Shown: positions 24,924 through 37,751 of the stretch, one piece after another
Numbering within the stretch: the stretch's first letter is position 1
Layout: the number at the start of each line of letters is the position of its first letter
From: Gekko japonicus
Taxonomy: Eukaryota
NCBI RefSeq assembly: GCF_001447785.1
Contig: NW_015160231.1
Span: 62,001 to 126,000 of the forward strand
Length of the DNA: 64,000 bases
Direction: 5' to 3'
The notes under the pieces: model-generated
Told to the model about the DNA's origin: nothing
The model's database searches: none
Seen by the model: the letters and a program-made list of their open reading frames with translations, nothing else
Made by a program: the position numbers and the translations under genes

Positions 24924-26799
24924 CATAGAAGAAAAAATGAGAGAGCAAAACCCCAATGCATGGCAAGTGGTATTCAACAAAGAATTTGTAATGAAATCTG
25001 TTAGGGACTGGGTGGCAAAGGCATGCAGATTTCTCCACTCCAGATTCTGTTTCCGCACAAGCCAGTTGATGGAAACTGCTGGTGTTATATATTAGCATCA
25101 CTTTGGTATGCTAAGCATGTGATTTCAGTGACTGTGTGTTATGTGTTTTGCATATTTTCTAAGTATAAATTGGTAAAGACACTTGAGCCAAATGTATCAA
25201 AAGGGGGGGGGAAAACTAAATTAAACTAAACCAATCTTCTCAAAGGCCCAGCCATTTTTTCGTAGTCCTCAACATTGTAAAATACCCACTGAAGCCAGCC
25301 CCCCCAAACATGGCATGTCTGTTATTTCCCAGAGAGGAGAAAAGAAAGTCAGTGGAAGACTTCCTCCCCCCCCCCAAAAAAAAATAGGGTTGCCAGGTCT
25401 CTTACTGATTGCTGTGGGGTGGAGAAGCTCCCGGCCATGATGATGCCATCGCGCTAGGCACATCGCCGGTGGATGCTCTAGCATTTGGCATAGAGTTTTC
25501 AAACCAAATGCTAGACCATCCCTCTGGCGATGTGCCCAGTGTGATGACGTCACCTATGGGTGACGTCATCACACTGGGCATGTCAACCCAATCAGGGCAC
25601 TTTGGGGGCAGGGTTCCCCCAGCTGGCCGTATCCAGGCCTGCAGGTCAGGGGGGCCTTGAGCGGGCGAACCCCCACCCCCCGGGGGACCTGACAGCCCTA
25701 CCCAAGAATGAGATGCTTTGTTCTAATTGAAGAGTCACAAGTAATGCTACTGAAGCAATATATTCACATTAGATGCTACAGATTGAAAACTGATTAATAA
25801 AATCATCCAAATGCATAATAAAGCTGGAACACTACCAACAAAGACACAAATGCTTCCAATCTGACACCTAAAACCTAACAGTATTTTTTAAAAAACAAAA
25901 CAAAATATCTGTATCAAGTAATATATTTTTATCTAGATCTAAAGCCTGAAGGCAACTATAGATTTATCACCTCTGTCATGTGTAAAATAGCATTCTGTGC
26001 CGCCTATCAGCCTCTTTTCAAAGCCAAAATCTACTTACTTCTTATGACACATTACATTAGAGTCAGTTGATGGTTCACGTTTTATGCTCTTGCTTGTTTG
26101 GTTTTTTTCTTCGTGTTATGGGACCACTTTTGCCCTGACTTTTAGCAGGCAGCTGGAGCGGTTAAGGAGAAAAACGTGTATTAGTGAAACGGCTGTCATT
26201 TTCTACATCAAAGGCAAGTAAGGCAAGTATAGTTCAGCTAACTAATCCATGGGATAATACATCATCCATTATATGCCGGATGCTAAATCACACATTCTGA
26301 TCCGGAAATGTAGACTTAATAGACTGGATAGACACAAAAATACAGTGAATGTTTAGTAAATATGGAGGCGATTGATGCTGAAATTACTATCCTGCTAAAA
26401 TTGCTAGATCTCAGACTCCAACCCTCATGCACATATGCTCACACATTCCATTTGGGTTTATCAGTTACTTGAAGGGTTGCTAGGTCCCCCTGGCCACCAG
26501 TGGGCGGTGGGTAGGGTTGCCAGATCCAGGTTGGGAAACTCCTGGAGATTTGGGGATGGAGCCCGGGAAGGACAGGAAACTCAGTAGGGTACAGTGGCAT
26601 AGAGTCCACCCTCCAAAGCATCCATTTTCTCCAAGGGAACTGATCATTGTAGTCTGAAGATGAGCTGTAATTTCAGGGGATCCCCAGTTCCCACCTGGAG
26701 GCTGGCATCCCTCGTTACTTGCAGCAGGCTACTGAATTTAATGGCCACATCCTTTAATTAACAAACTGAAACTAAAAGGGAATCAGGAGAGGGGGGGAA

Positions 26800-27436
26800 A
26801 CAAAATGCCCAGTTTGGATCCCGGGTTAAGTGGCTGGCAGCCATTTAACCTGTCCATTTCACTTTCACCTGCTTTGAGATGAGGGGAGCGAAACTGACAG
26901 GTTTAATGACTCACAGCCGTTTAAACCTAACAGCTGAGGGACAGACCTGCCCTGCTGTTATGTTTAAAAGGCTGGTAGCCATTTCACTGATCAGTTTTGC
27001 TTCACCTGCTTCCAAGTGGGGAAAGTGAAACCGACTGATGAAATGGCTCACAGTGATTTCAGCCTAACAGTGGGGCAGGTGCACCCATCAGCTGTTAGGC
27101 TGTAATGGCCACGAGCCATTTCACCGGTCCCTTTCACTTTCCCCCCCACAGGTGTGCCCATTAGCTGTTAGGCTGAAATGGCTGGCAGTCATTTCACTAG
27201 TACGTTTCACTTCCCCCGGCTTCGAAGTGGGGAAAGCAAAACCAACAGGTCAAATGGCTGATAGCCATTTAAACCTAACAGGTTGGCTGTGGACCCGCAC
27301 TGTTCGGCTGTTAGGTTTAAATGGCCTAAACAGCTGAACCAGACAAAAGTCCGATAAATGTTCGTGGAAGGGGCTTCTAACCAGGCCAGGTTCATGCTGA
27401 ATTTTGACTCGTAAACTGGTTCATACCCATCCTTAA
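26800..27436. repeat. Array of about 8 palindromic units (AAATGGCTNNNAGCCATTT) inside a probable hAT-derived element
   Basis: Units near 26826, 26903, 26964, 27039, 27101, 27174, 27251, 27317; ends TGGTTCATACCCATCCTTA, a TAGGGATGGG-type TIR. Confidence 0.7.
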
Positions 27437-29220
27437 GTGAACTTATTGAATCTAAGATTGCAGGGGAAAGGATAGCTTGTGTTTGACATGTATTCTGAAT
27501 TGAAAGCTTTTGGAGCAAAACTAAAATTTGAAGCAAAACTAAAAAGTAACTTTTCAAATTTCTCATGATGCAGTGGACTAAAATTCTGGTCTACCTGATA
27601 TATTTATCAACCTGAAGAAATTTGCTGCAGGCCTGTTCGCAGTCTTTGGCACCACATAAATCTGTGAACAAACTGTTTCCAAGATAAAAATTGTGAAATC
27701 CAAGTGTAGGTCAAGACTTACAGATGAATATTTACACAACATTCTAAGTGTGTCTGTCCCAAACCTTGACTTGGACATTAATGCCTTGGCTAACAGAAAA
27801 GAGCCACAAAAATCACATAGTCACTAGTTAAACATGTGTAGCTAGATAAAAGGATCCCACAGTAAAATATTGATCCAAAATGGATTGTTTTTAAGTTAAC
27901 ATTTCTTCATTGACCTCTGAATGTTTACTTTTGATCTAAATAGGTAGGTTTATAGTTTTGTTACATTTTGATTTAAGATATGGCCTTCTTTAGTCATTGG
28001 GCACTCTAATGCGGCCCCCATGTGCCAGAAGGTTGGGGACCTCTGCTGTAAAGCAAATACCAGCCTGGCAGGGGGCAATTTAGGTCAGGAAAGGGTCAAA
28101 TGACTTCCCACTAAGCATGGAAGTCATTCCCTGATTAAATTCGTTCCTGCCATCCCCACCTTGTTTGCATTCTGTCTAAAAATATGTCAGATCATTCAGA
28201 GATCTCTTGACACAACATGTTGTTCAGCCTTCAGTGCATTTGAAACTTTTTGCTTGGCAGCCAGCTGTGGGGCAGAGAGTTTGTTCTAAAGGGGTCAGAC
28301 TGGCCTGTGAAATTTCCCAGTACAAGGAAAACGAAGACACAATCTCACTGTTAGGTCTGTTTATGTGATTAGACCACTCTTGTGAGTGGGGTTCCCCCCG
28401 CCCACACCACCACTGGAGTTTCTTTTGATGCTGACTTAGAAATGGGACAAGAAAAGGGGAAAGACCTGAGCACTGGATGGTAACGAGCAAAGGGGGGGCC
28501 CAAAGTACAGAGTTTTTTGGCTTGAGGTTTACTGGATTTACCGCGTAGCAGTGCCTGGAACAAATCACTGTAGCTCAGAAACAGGAATTCTTAGCTATTT
28601 ACTTGAAAAGGTTGTCTGTTGAAATGTTTGTACCCTACCTTTCCCTTTTGCCTCAAGGAGGTTTGTAAGGATAAATCAGGTACTGATGCTACTATATCCC
28701 CCAGTCTCACTGTCAAAGGAAGCACCAGGAAACCCGAACGTTGGTCCTTTTCCGGGCATCACGATATCACCCAGCACCTCCAACAAACAACGGCAATAAA
28801 TTTTTAATAATGTGTCATGAAAATTTCATGTTAAAATGAACTTTTGAACTAATGAAGAGAAAATACAAGCTGGCATATCATAATAGCCAACAGAATGTAC
28901 CCTATGTAAATGGTAGTTTATTATTAACGTTATTGGTTATTAAATATGCAGTTAGGTTTTATAGCCTACCCTCTAAGGCAACCTCAGTATGCATGCTGCA
29001 CACTTGCTAAGCGGCTCATTTGTAACATCCTGCCCCTTGTGATGAGTGTGTTACGCTTCCCTTGCTTCCTTGCACTTCTGATCAGGTGCAGCTGTGTGAT
29101 AAAATTCATGCACACTACAATAAGGTACCCCTTGGTCCTCTTTATTCCTCCACAGACCATTAAGAGTATCAGTAACTCATCACTGTGTAAGAAGACACAA
29201 CTTCCAGGTAGGGCCTGGAG

Positions 29221-29462
29221 TAGGGTTGCCAGGTCTTACCTGGCTGCTGGCGGGGGTGGGGGTGGTCCCTCCATTGGTCCGGGATGTCTTCACACGCGCC
29301 GTGATGACATCACCTGGAAGTGACATCATCGCACCAGGCACATTGGTGCAAACGAGGCACTTTGGGAGTGGGGTTCCCCCCACTGGCCAGATCGGGGCCA
29401 GAGGATCAGGGTCCATGAAAAGCAGGTAAACCCCCGCCTCCATTGGGGGAATGGGAACCCTA
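29221..29462. mobile_element. TAGGGTTGCC MITE nested in another MITE of the same TIR class
   Basis: TSD GCCTGGAG/GCCTGGAA; the host element resumes at 29463 and ends GGCAACCCTA at 29643. Confidence 0.85.
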
Positions 29463-30119
29463 GCCTGGAAAACTCCTGAAATTACAACTGATCTCCAGAT
29501 TACAGCACTGAGTTCCCCTGGAAAAAAAAATAGCTGTTTTGGAGGGTGGACTCCACAGTTATATATCCCACTGAGATCCCTTCCCTCTCCAGGCTCCGAC
29601 CCCAAATCCCTATGAATTTCCCAACACAGAGCTGGCAACCCTACCAGACAACCTGCCTTCCACATGGAAACACGTACAAAGATAAACTCAACTTCAGTAT
29701 TCATTAACACTTCTTTTAAAGCTCAGTGGATTGAATCTAAACTACTACCAGTGGTATGAAATCCATGGAGTCTGGCTTTTCTTCCTTCCCACTCCTCCTT
29801 GAGGCCTCAAACCCCACCTCCCACCTTCTGCACAGGAGGCCAAGAGACTCTGAGGAACATCATGTGGACCAAGTAGTGGACTGCAAGGGGATGGGGAAAT
29901 AGGCAGAAATTGTCTCCTTTTTCTCTGCCAATGGAAGTGCTATTGCACTGCTGCTATGCTGGCAGAACAACTGCTTCAGATCTAACCCAATACACTTACT
30001 TACATGTTTGATTATTATTTTATTTATTTATCTATCGAATTTCTACCCTGCCCTCCCAGCCAAGGCTGGCTTATTACATGAATGCAGAAAAGAGGGTTGC
30101 ACCAATGCAGAATCAAGGA

Positions 30120-31820
30120 AGAAAAGACAAAAAATGGCACGGCAGGAAAAGAAATTTTATTTCTCTTAAGGATCCCCATGCGTATTGGATGCAGCTTTGT
30201 CAGGGCAATCTAGAACAACATATACAAAAACAGACTCGTTCGAAAATTAAAAACCAAATAGACAATTTCTATTAAAAATAGACACCGAGCTTGATAAAAC
30301 TATTTTACAGGAGCCATACAAATACATTGTTTTATCTAGAGGTGAAGTGCCTGAGGGTCTTTTATATAAGAGGCCTACATATATTCAGATCGAACTGTCT
30401 ATACATACTTGAAAAATCACAAACCAGACAAAATTTACATACATTTTTTAAAATAATTTTTTATTTCAAAATATCAGCATACAATAAAACCTGTAATGCA
30501 GTTACAGCAAAAAAGTCACACATGGTTTAACGCGTAACTTTCTAAACAGTACCTTATTAACAAACTGATTTCAGTGTAATTCACAAAGCAATAACTTTAT
30601 AACAATAGCAGTGCTAAACTAACAGTTAAAGTTCTCAGCTTTCTTAGTACACTTATACAAATAACAACTGTGGCAGCTACTGAAACATGTATAATGACAG
30701 GGCATTTGTCCAAGGATTATCTATGCATCATCAACCTGTTTTGTTTACCTAGCAAAACCTTCCACTTGTTAATCGAGGTACATACATTTCTTGAAAGTAT
30801 GACTAACCTTAGAGCAGAACAGATGGCCAGTGTACCATGAGATTTTATAGTTGCACCACTTGTAAAAAACCAAGACTCTTGTTTAACCCCTGTGGGGCAA
30901 TGGTCTGAAGTCCGAGAATTCACTCCACTTCTTTCCTTAGTAACACCCTGTCATGACGACTTATCACTTTTTAAGTAGCTTAGAAGGTGATGTCAGTGGG
31001 ACCATGACTGTGTTTGAGGAAATGCTGAATTAAATTAAAGGAGTACCTGGGGTTTTTGGAGGGGTTTTTGTGGGAAATATTGCTTTTGTGTTCAGAAATA
31101 CGTACTGTGAGATTTCTGGATGTTTTCTCCACGGGTACCGTATTTTCCTGCGTATAAGACTACTTTTTAACCCAGGGAAATCTTCTCAGAAGTGGGGGGT
31201 CGTCTTATACGCCGGAAAATACGGTATCTTATTGCAAGGACACTTAATGATGTGAACAACCTGTTTGGATTTACACATGGTGAAAACTTTGGGCACACAT
31301 TGATTTCCACCTACTGGACTTTTAAATTCCTTAATGCTGCATGTAAACGTACAGTATGTGCAGTTCCCACAGGAAAAGTGACACCTTGGAGTCATGTTGG
31401 TCAGACTTCTAACTTCTTTAACTTAGGGAACTTTATTTCAGCCTGGAAATTATGTTTATGTCAATTCTGTGTGGTCTGTGACCTTGTAAGCATGTACGGA
31501 ACAAACAGCTCAGTCTGAATATTTGTAGGTCTGTTCTGTAGAAGAACTTCCAACTACTTCACTTCTGTATGAGACAAAGTATTTGCCTGGCTCCTGTAAA
31601 ATAGTTTTATCGTGCTCAGTTTGTATTTTTCAGAAATTGTTTTTCTTTAGTTTTTAATCTTCTGTAATATTTCTGCTTGGTATTAAATTTCCCTCCCTAA
31701 AAATCTTTTTTGTGTGTGTATATTACTGTAGATCCCGTGATGAAGCTGTGTGCAAAATGCACGGGGATCCCTGAGTGAAATAAACTTTCTTTTTCTAATG
31801 CACCATTTTCTCTTTTTTAT
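30120..31820 (-). mobile_element. Decayed Penelope-like element: GIY-YIG endonuclease relic with inverted pseudo-LTRs
   Basis: Minus-strand CGNCTYC...CKSKQVVHIIKCPCNKI|PVEKTSRNLTVRISEHKSNI after MITE removal; 30125-30445 is a diverged reverse complement of ~31455-31820. Confidence 0.8.
31138..31224. mobile_element. 87-bp Tc1/mariner-superfamily MITE
   Basis: TIRs CCGTATTTTCC.GCGTATAAGAC / GTCTTATACGCCGGAAAATACGG; TA TSD on both sides. Confidence 0.92.
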
Positions 31821-31843
31821 CATCATCATCATCATCATCATCA
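31819..31843. repeat. (ATC)n microsatellite
   Basis: Direct read. Confidence 0.9.
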
Positions 31844-33228
31844 TGACACAAGCCCTTACTAGTGAATATCTCTGACTACAGTCCCATATTCCATTGCAAC
31901 CAATTTTCCGTTTATATCATGGAAATTGATAATGGCCGATAAAATGTGTCGAAATGAATGCAGTCCTGTGTCATCTTGGTTCATAAACTACTTGACACAT
32001 AAAATAATCCTAAAAGAGGTCTTCTGATGCCTTTTCAAACTGACACAAAAGAGTGTGCCCAGATAATGTGTCTCGTCCCTCTGTAGGTGTGCCAGGTCTC
32101 TCACTTCAGTGGAAGACCTCTCTTGCCCCCAGCTGGCCTTTTCCACTGTTGTTCAGCTGAGTGGTGGGGAAAAAATGGAGGGAGGAATGGGGGCTGATCA
32201 GTGTCATGGGCAATGCAATAATGTCACTTCTGGTGCAATCATTGTGTCACTGCTGATGCTCTAACATTCAGCCAAAACTCTGTGGTTAAACCGTACAGTT
32301 TTGGTCAATTGCTAGAGTTGCACTGGTGATGTGATGACATCACTTCCAGTTGCACCAGAAGTGGCATCATCAGGTTGCCTGCGGTGCCACTGTGTCACTG
32401 GAAGGGGCTCCCACCTGACTGGTGAGTCTTCTGTCAGTTGCCAACCTCATGCTGGCAACACTATTGCTTGGTGCTCATATTTTGATTCAAGAAAAAAATC
32501 TGCACATTTAATGCATGTTTATCAGTGTTCTTGTGGGATGTTTTGCAATTGAACCCCAGCACTGAACTTTTGAGAGGCTGAATGTGCTCCAGAAGAGTCC
32601 TGCACCCCATCATTCTGCGACCACTCTTCTTCTGTGGTGGTTGCGTCTTTTTCACAGGAACAGCTTTGCTATTCAGATTTCAATTCCCAACAAAATAATC
32701 CTTTATGGATGCAGAGAATTCCATTCCTTTCTGGGTTGTTGTTTTTTGTTTTTTGTTTTTAAACTCATGCTGCTCTTTAATAAAATACCTTTTTCTAAAG
32801 ACCGTGAAGGCTATTTTGTGTTACCGCCTTTCATAGTGACCTTGCCCTGGACTTGGACCCCTTTTGTTCCTCTTTCCTTTGGTATTCTGCATTTTTAATG
32901 TTTTTTGTAATGGAATTATTCAGCTTCGCCCCAAGGGTTGTGGTGCTGTGTGCTTTATAAATAACATTATTATATTGTTTTTTAAATGAAAGTGCTGCGC
33001 ACTCGCTAAGAGCCTGCAGTCCTAAATCTCCTTTATTAATTTGTCTGCCTACCTGTCATTATTCTGTGCAAGTCCCATTAGCTTAAATGAGAGCTGCTGT
33101 GCGGCACCTCAGGGAGCAAAAGGCCATAAATATGCATGCAGTCAACCCCTGCCTAAAATGAAAGGGCCTTGTTATGGCTGCCAGTGCTAGTCCTCTCCCT
33201 GGGACTGCCCTTGATGACTACTCAGGTG

Positions 33229-33573
33229 CAGGGGTCATTTAATAGAAAAAGAGGTGCAGGAGCTCATGAGCATAACGTATTTGCATATGCCACACCTCCT
33301 GACATCACCGGAAGTGTGTCAGAAGGCAACACCCCCCGCTCAGGCTCCACTGGACTGTTTTGGATTGCAAGCTTTTTTGGCGGGGGGGGGAACGTGCAGA
33401 TCTGTCCTCACAGAGGAGGGAGAGCTTGTACCTGAATAAAACTTGGTCTTAAAGGTGCCACTGGACTGTTTTGGGCCCGGGGGGGGGAGCTCTGCAGCTT
33501 ACCTGGCTGCTTCTTGCTCTGACTGAGGGCTGCTGGGAGCAGGGGGTGGGGCTTGTTGAATGTGCCCGCCCCC
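33229..33573 (+). mobile_element. hAT MITE (CAGGGGTCATTT family) truncated by a gap
   Basis: Closely matches 23295-23655. Confidence 0.9.
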
Positions 33574-34166
33574 NNNNNNNNNNNNNNNNNNNNNNNNNNN
33601 NNNNNNNNNNNNNNNNNNNNNNNNNNNNNNNNNNNNNNNNNNNNNNNNNNNNNNNNNNNNNNNNNNNNNNNNNNNNNNNNNNNNNNNNNNNNNNNNNNNN
33701 NNNNNNNNNNNNNNNNNNNNNNNNNNNNNNNNNNNNNNNNNNNNNNNNNNNNNNNNNNNNNNNNNNNNNNNNNNNNNNNNNNNNNNNNNNNNNNNNNNNN
33801 NNNNNNNNNNNNNNNNNNNNNNNNNNNNNNNNNNNNNNNNNNNNNNNNNNNNNNNNNNNNNNNNNNNNNNNNNNNNNNNNNNNNNNNNNNNNNNNNNNNN
33901 NNNNNNNNNNNNNNNNNNNNNNNNNNNNNNNNNNNNNNNNNNNNNNNNNNNNNNNNNNNNNNNNNNNNNNNNNNNNNNNNNNNNNNNNNNNNNNNNNNNN
34001 NNNNNNNNNNNNNNNNNNNNNNNNNNNNNNNNNNNNNNNNNNNNNNNNNNNNNNNNNNNNNNNNNNNNNNNNNNNNNNNNNNNNNNNNNNNNNNNNNNNN
34101 NNNNNNNNNNNNNNNNNNNNNNNNNNNNNNNNNNNNNNNNNNNNNNNNNNNNNNNNNNNNNNNNNN
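33574..34166. other. Assembly gap (N run)
   Basis: Ns. Confidence 1.
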
Positions 34167-36424
34167 ATCCAGCCACACCCACCTTTTGCTTGTTATTCTG
34201 TTTACCTTGTTTGTTGTCAAAACCCAGGGCTTTTTTGTAGCAGGAACTCCTTTGCATGTTAGGCCACACACCCCTAATGTAGCCAATCCTAATGAGTTTC
34301 TGCTGTTGGGTGTGGCCTATTATGCTAATTTAGTTCGTGCTGGGTGTGGCCAACTTGGGAGCCAGCCGGAACTCCGTTCCTGTGCGTTCCTGCCCAAAAA
34401 TAGCCCCACATTTCCCCCTTACATGAATACTTTCCTGTAAGTGGGAAACTAGCATAGCATATGAAGGGCTAGGTTAGAACCCTTCCTCCCAGTTTTTATT
34501 TGCAGAGAGGGTTTTTTTAAATGTGAGGGGATGTTAAGAAGTGTGCCCTACACATCCACAGCCGGACATAGAACAGCACTTTCTACCACCTCAGAATTTG
34601 ACCACCTTATTCAGGTTCATGTGCAGACCGGGCAGGCCTCGGTGTTATCTAAGAAACCACAGCATTGTGGCAAGAGTTGCCAATGCCTGGCAACTGCTAG
34701 GAGGGTTGTCGGGTGAGGGACAGAGTCCCAAGAGAAAAATTGAAAAGAAAAAAAATACCTCGTCGGCTTACCGGGAGTTCTGACCATATATCTTTTGGCA
34801 ATTCCTAGAGTTACCCAGAAGTGACAAGGGTAGTTCTGGCAATAGTCAGGAACTCTGTGACCAGAACTTCCAGTAAACAGACGAGGCCTTATTTTTCTTT
34901 TTAATTTTCCTCCACAGGATGATCACGCCCCCCTTTGGTCTCAGTTTCCATAAGCAGGGAGATGGGAACCCAGCTGTTACAGGGATATGGTTACAACCAT
35001 AGAATTTCCAGAAATTCCAAGAACAGAGGGACATCATTTCCTGCCTCCCAAAGTATTGTAACACTGTCTTGACAATGGCAATTTTAATTTTTTTTCCTCT
35101 TACCAGATGCTTGAGTGCCAGCAAGCAATGGGAGCAGTAGCAAGGAGATATAGGGTTGCCAGGTCTGGGTTGGAAAATACCTGGAGACTTTGGGGTGGAT
35201 CCAGAAGAGGGTGGGTTTGGGCCTCAGCATGGTACAATGCCACAGAGTCCACCCTCCAAAGCAGCCATTTTCTCCAGGGGAGCTGATCTCTGTCAGCTGG
35301 AGATCAGTTGCAAAAGCGGGAGATCTCCAGGCCCCAACTGGAGGCTGGCAACCCTAAGGAGATACCCTTTGCCACCAGCAGGAACCTGACATCCCTATGC
35401 AGGGAGCAGAGATTTGACTGTACCACACTCAGACAGTAAGGCCACAAAAGGGCTCTTACATCTCCCCCAAAGTTATCCCCACAATAATTCTGAGCATGGT
35501 TAGGCAGACCAAGAATATAACTTGTCCAAAGTTACCCACTGAGTTTAGGGCAAATGTAGATGAAGCCCCAGCTTCCCCTGCTTATATTCCCAATTCTCTT
35601 ACTACTATACCATCTTAATTCTTAGCTTGGTTATCTAAGTGGTGAGATTTTGCTTTTAGAGCAGTTTGGTCTGTTACATTCATTTTAATTGGCCATTTAA
35701 AATATGTTCTGAAGAGATTAGTACTGACTCTAGTCCCTCAAAGCAGAGCAAACCAAAAAGCTTTTTTTAAAAAACAACAACAGTACAATACATGTTGTTT
35801 TCAGCGCAAAGGAACACACATTTGTTCCAGTCTGGCATTCAGGAAGAGTGGTGTGACTTCATTCTTCAGGGTTGCCTGGCCTTGCGAGCTTCTGATTGGC
35901 TAAGGCGTCTGTGGACCGCTGCAAAATTCAACTTACATAATTCTTACAGCAAATGAGAGTATTTTTGTTAGTGCGGGCCAAGAGTTTTCCTGTCACATTT
36001 TCAGCTGCAGTCTGGATTGTGAGACTGACTATGTCAGATAAGAGCTGCAGAGCTGGCAATGGGGTTTGTTCGCTTGGCACTGGCTTCACAGGAGACTTTG
36101 CCAGAGATGCAGTCCTGGGCAAAGAAGTGACAGGGAAAGCTGACAAAGCTAATGTAGTAAGAGCTTCTGAAAATGGAGAAAACAAGGTATTAAAAAAAAA
36201 AATCCAGCCAAAGACAGATGGATCCTGATAAATGTGTTCCTACAAAGAATGGGGGAAAGAATGGTTTGCACCGTAAGAAATAATCAGAGAACAATAAAAT
36301 TAAAAGGGACCAAAAGGATCATCAGAGACTGTGGATATAATGCTAACCTATGCCCCGGAAGACCCGGATTCAAAGGTGTACTCAGCTACAAAGCTCATCA
36401 CAGCCTTGAACAAGTCACTGTCTC

Positions 36425-37213
36425 TCTGCCTGACCCGCCTCACAGGATCGCTGTGTGAAAATAAAATGGAATGACCACATATATGCCCTGAGCTCCCTGA
36501 AAGATGCCTAAGATACAAATGTGATACATCTCTTGCTGTTGGAATACAATCTGATCATTCACCCCCCAGAAAATCAGTGCAGTTTTGTTTTGTTTTGTTG
36601 AGCAATGTGAGCATAAAAATCAGTGTGTCTTTCCCTTTTGTGCTGATTTCTTTTAAAAAAAAAAATAGTGCCATTAAAAGAATGTTGAAGTTCTACTCCA
36701 GGTTTGTAAATCAGTGAGCTCAACAGCAGAACTTCCTCTGGTTTTAAAGAGGTAAAATAGTAGCTTCTAGTTGCAAAAGGGAAAGCAATTCAGCCTGGAT
36801 TCTGCCTGACCCGCCTCACAGGATCGCTGCGTGAAAATAAAATGGAATGACCACATATATGCCCTGAGCTCCCTAAAAGATGCCTAAGATACAAATGTGA
36901 TAGTTGTAACTCTTGTTACAAGGCATTTTGTATGACAGGACTATCTCTTGCTGTTGGAATACAATCTGATAATTCACCCCCCCAAAATCAGTGCAGTTTT
37001 GTTTTGTTTTGTTGAGCAATGTGAGCATAAAAATCAGTGTGTCTTTCCCTTTTATGCTGATTTCTTTTTTACAAAAAAATAGTGCCATTAAAAGAATGTT
37101 GAAGTTCTACTCCAGGTTTGTAAATCAGTGAGCTCAACAGCAGAACTTCCTCTGGTTTTAAAGAGGTAAAATAGTAGCTTCTAGTTGCAAAAGGGAAAGC
37201 AATTCAGCCTGGA
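36425..37213. repeat. Tandem duplication (36425-36799 / 36801-37213), probably two haplotypes
   Basis: Near-identical copies differing by a ~39 bp indel and a few substitutions. Confidence 0.85.
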
Positions 37214-37460
37214 ATGGAGCATCTCAGTCTTGTACAACTTTGGAGCAGAACAACTCAGTTAAAATCCATCTTATGTCCTCCAAACTCATCTCCCTCTTCA
37301 CCTTTGCAAAATGGTGCCAGGGGAGGGCATTTTGAAGGGAGAAGATGGCCGGCAGAAAGAGGCGCAACTCATCCTTCCCTTGGAGGCTAATTTTCCTTTG
37401 CAACACCTGCCCACAAAAATATGCCATCCATTTAATCAGTGGAGAGGTGTTGAATGGGGG

Positions 37461-37751
37461 GCAGACTGGTGTAGTGGTTAAGTGCGTGGACTCTAATCTG
37501 GGAGAGCCGGGTTTGATTCCCCACTCCTCCACTTGCACCTGGCTGGATGACCTTGGGCAAGCCACAGTTCTGGTAAGAGCTGTTCTTGAAAAAGGGCAGT
37601 TTCTGTCAAGAGCTCTCTCAGCCCCACCTGCCTCACAGGGTGTCTGTTGTGGGGAGGGGAAGGGAAAAGGAGTTTGTAAGCCGCTCTGAGACACCTTTGG
37701 GTAGTGAAGGGCGGGGTATAAATCCAATCTCCTCCTCCTCCTCCTTCTTCC
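37461..37751 (+). mobile_element. Squam3-type SINE, young full-length copy
   Basis: A box TGGTGTAGTGG, B box GGTTTGATTCC, CORE-like CTCTCAGCCCCACCTGCCTCACAGGGTG, 3' GGGCGGGGTATAAATCCAA plus (CTC/CTT)n tail. Confidence 0.88.

Noticed and set aside
26800-27340. CRISPR-like repeat-spacer array
   Set aside because: Vertebrate DNA, degenerate repeats, spacers recur in two types instead of being unique, and no cas genes.
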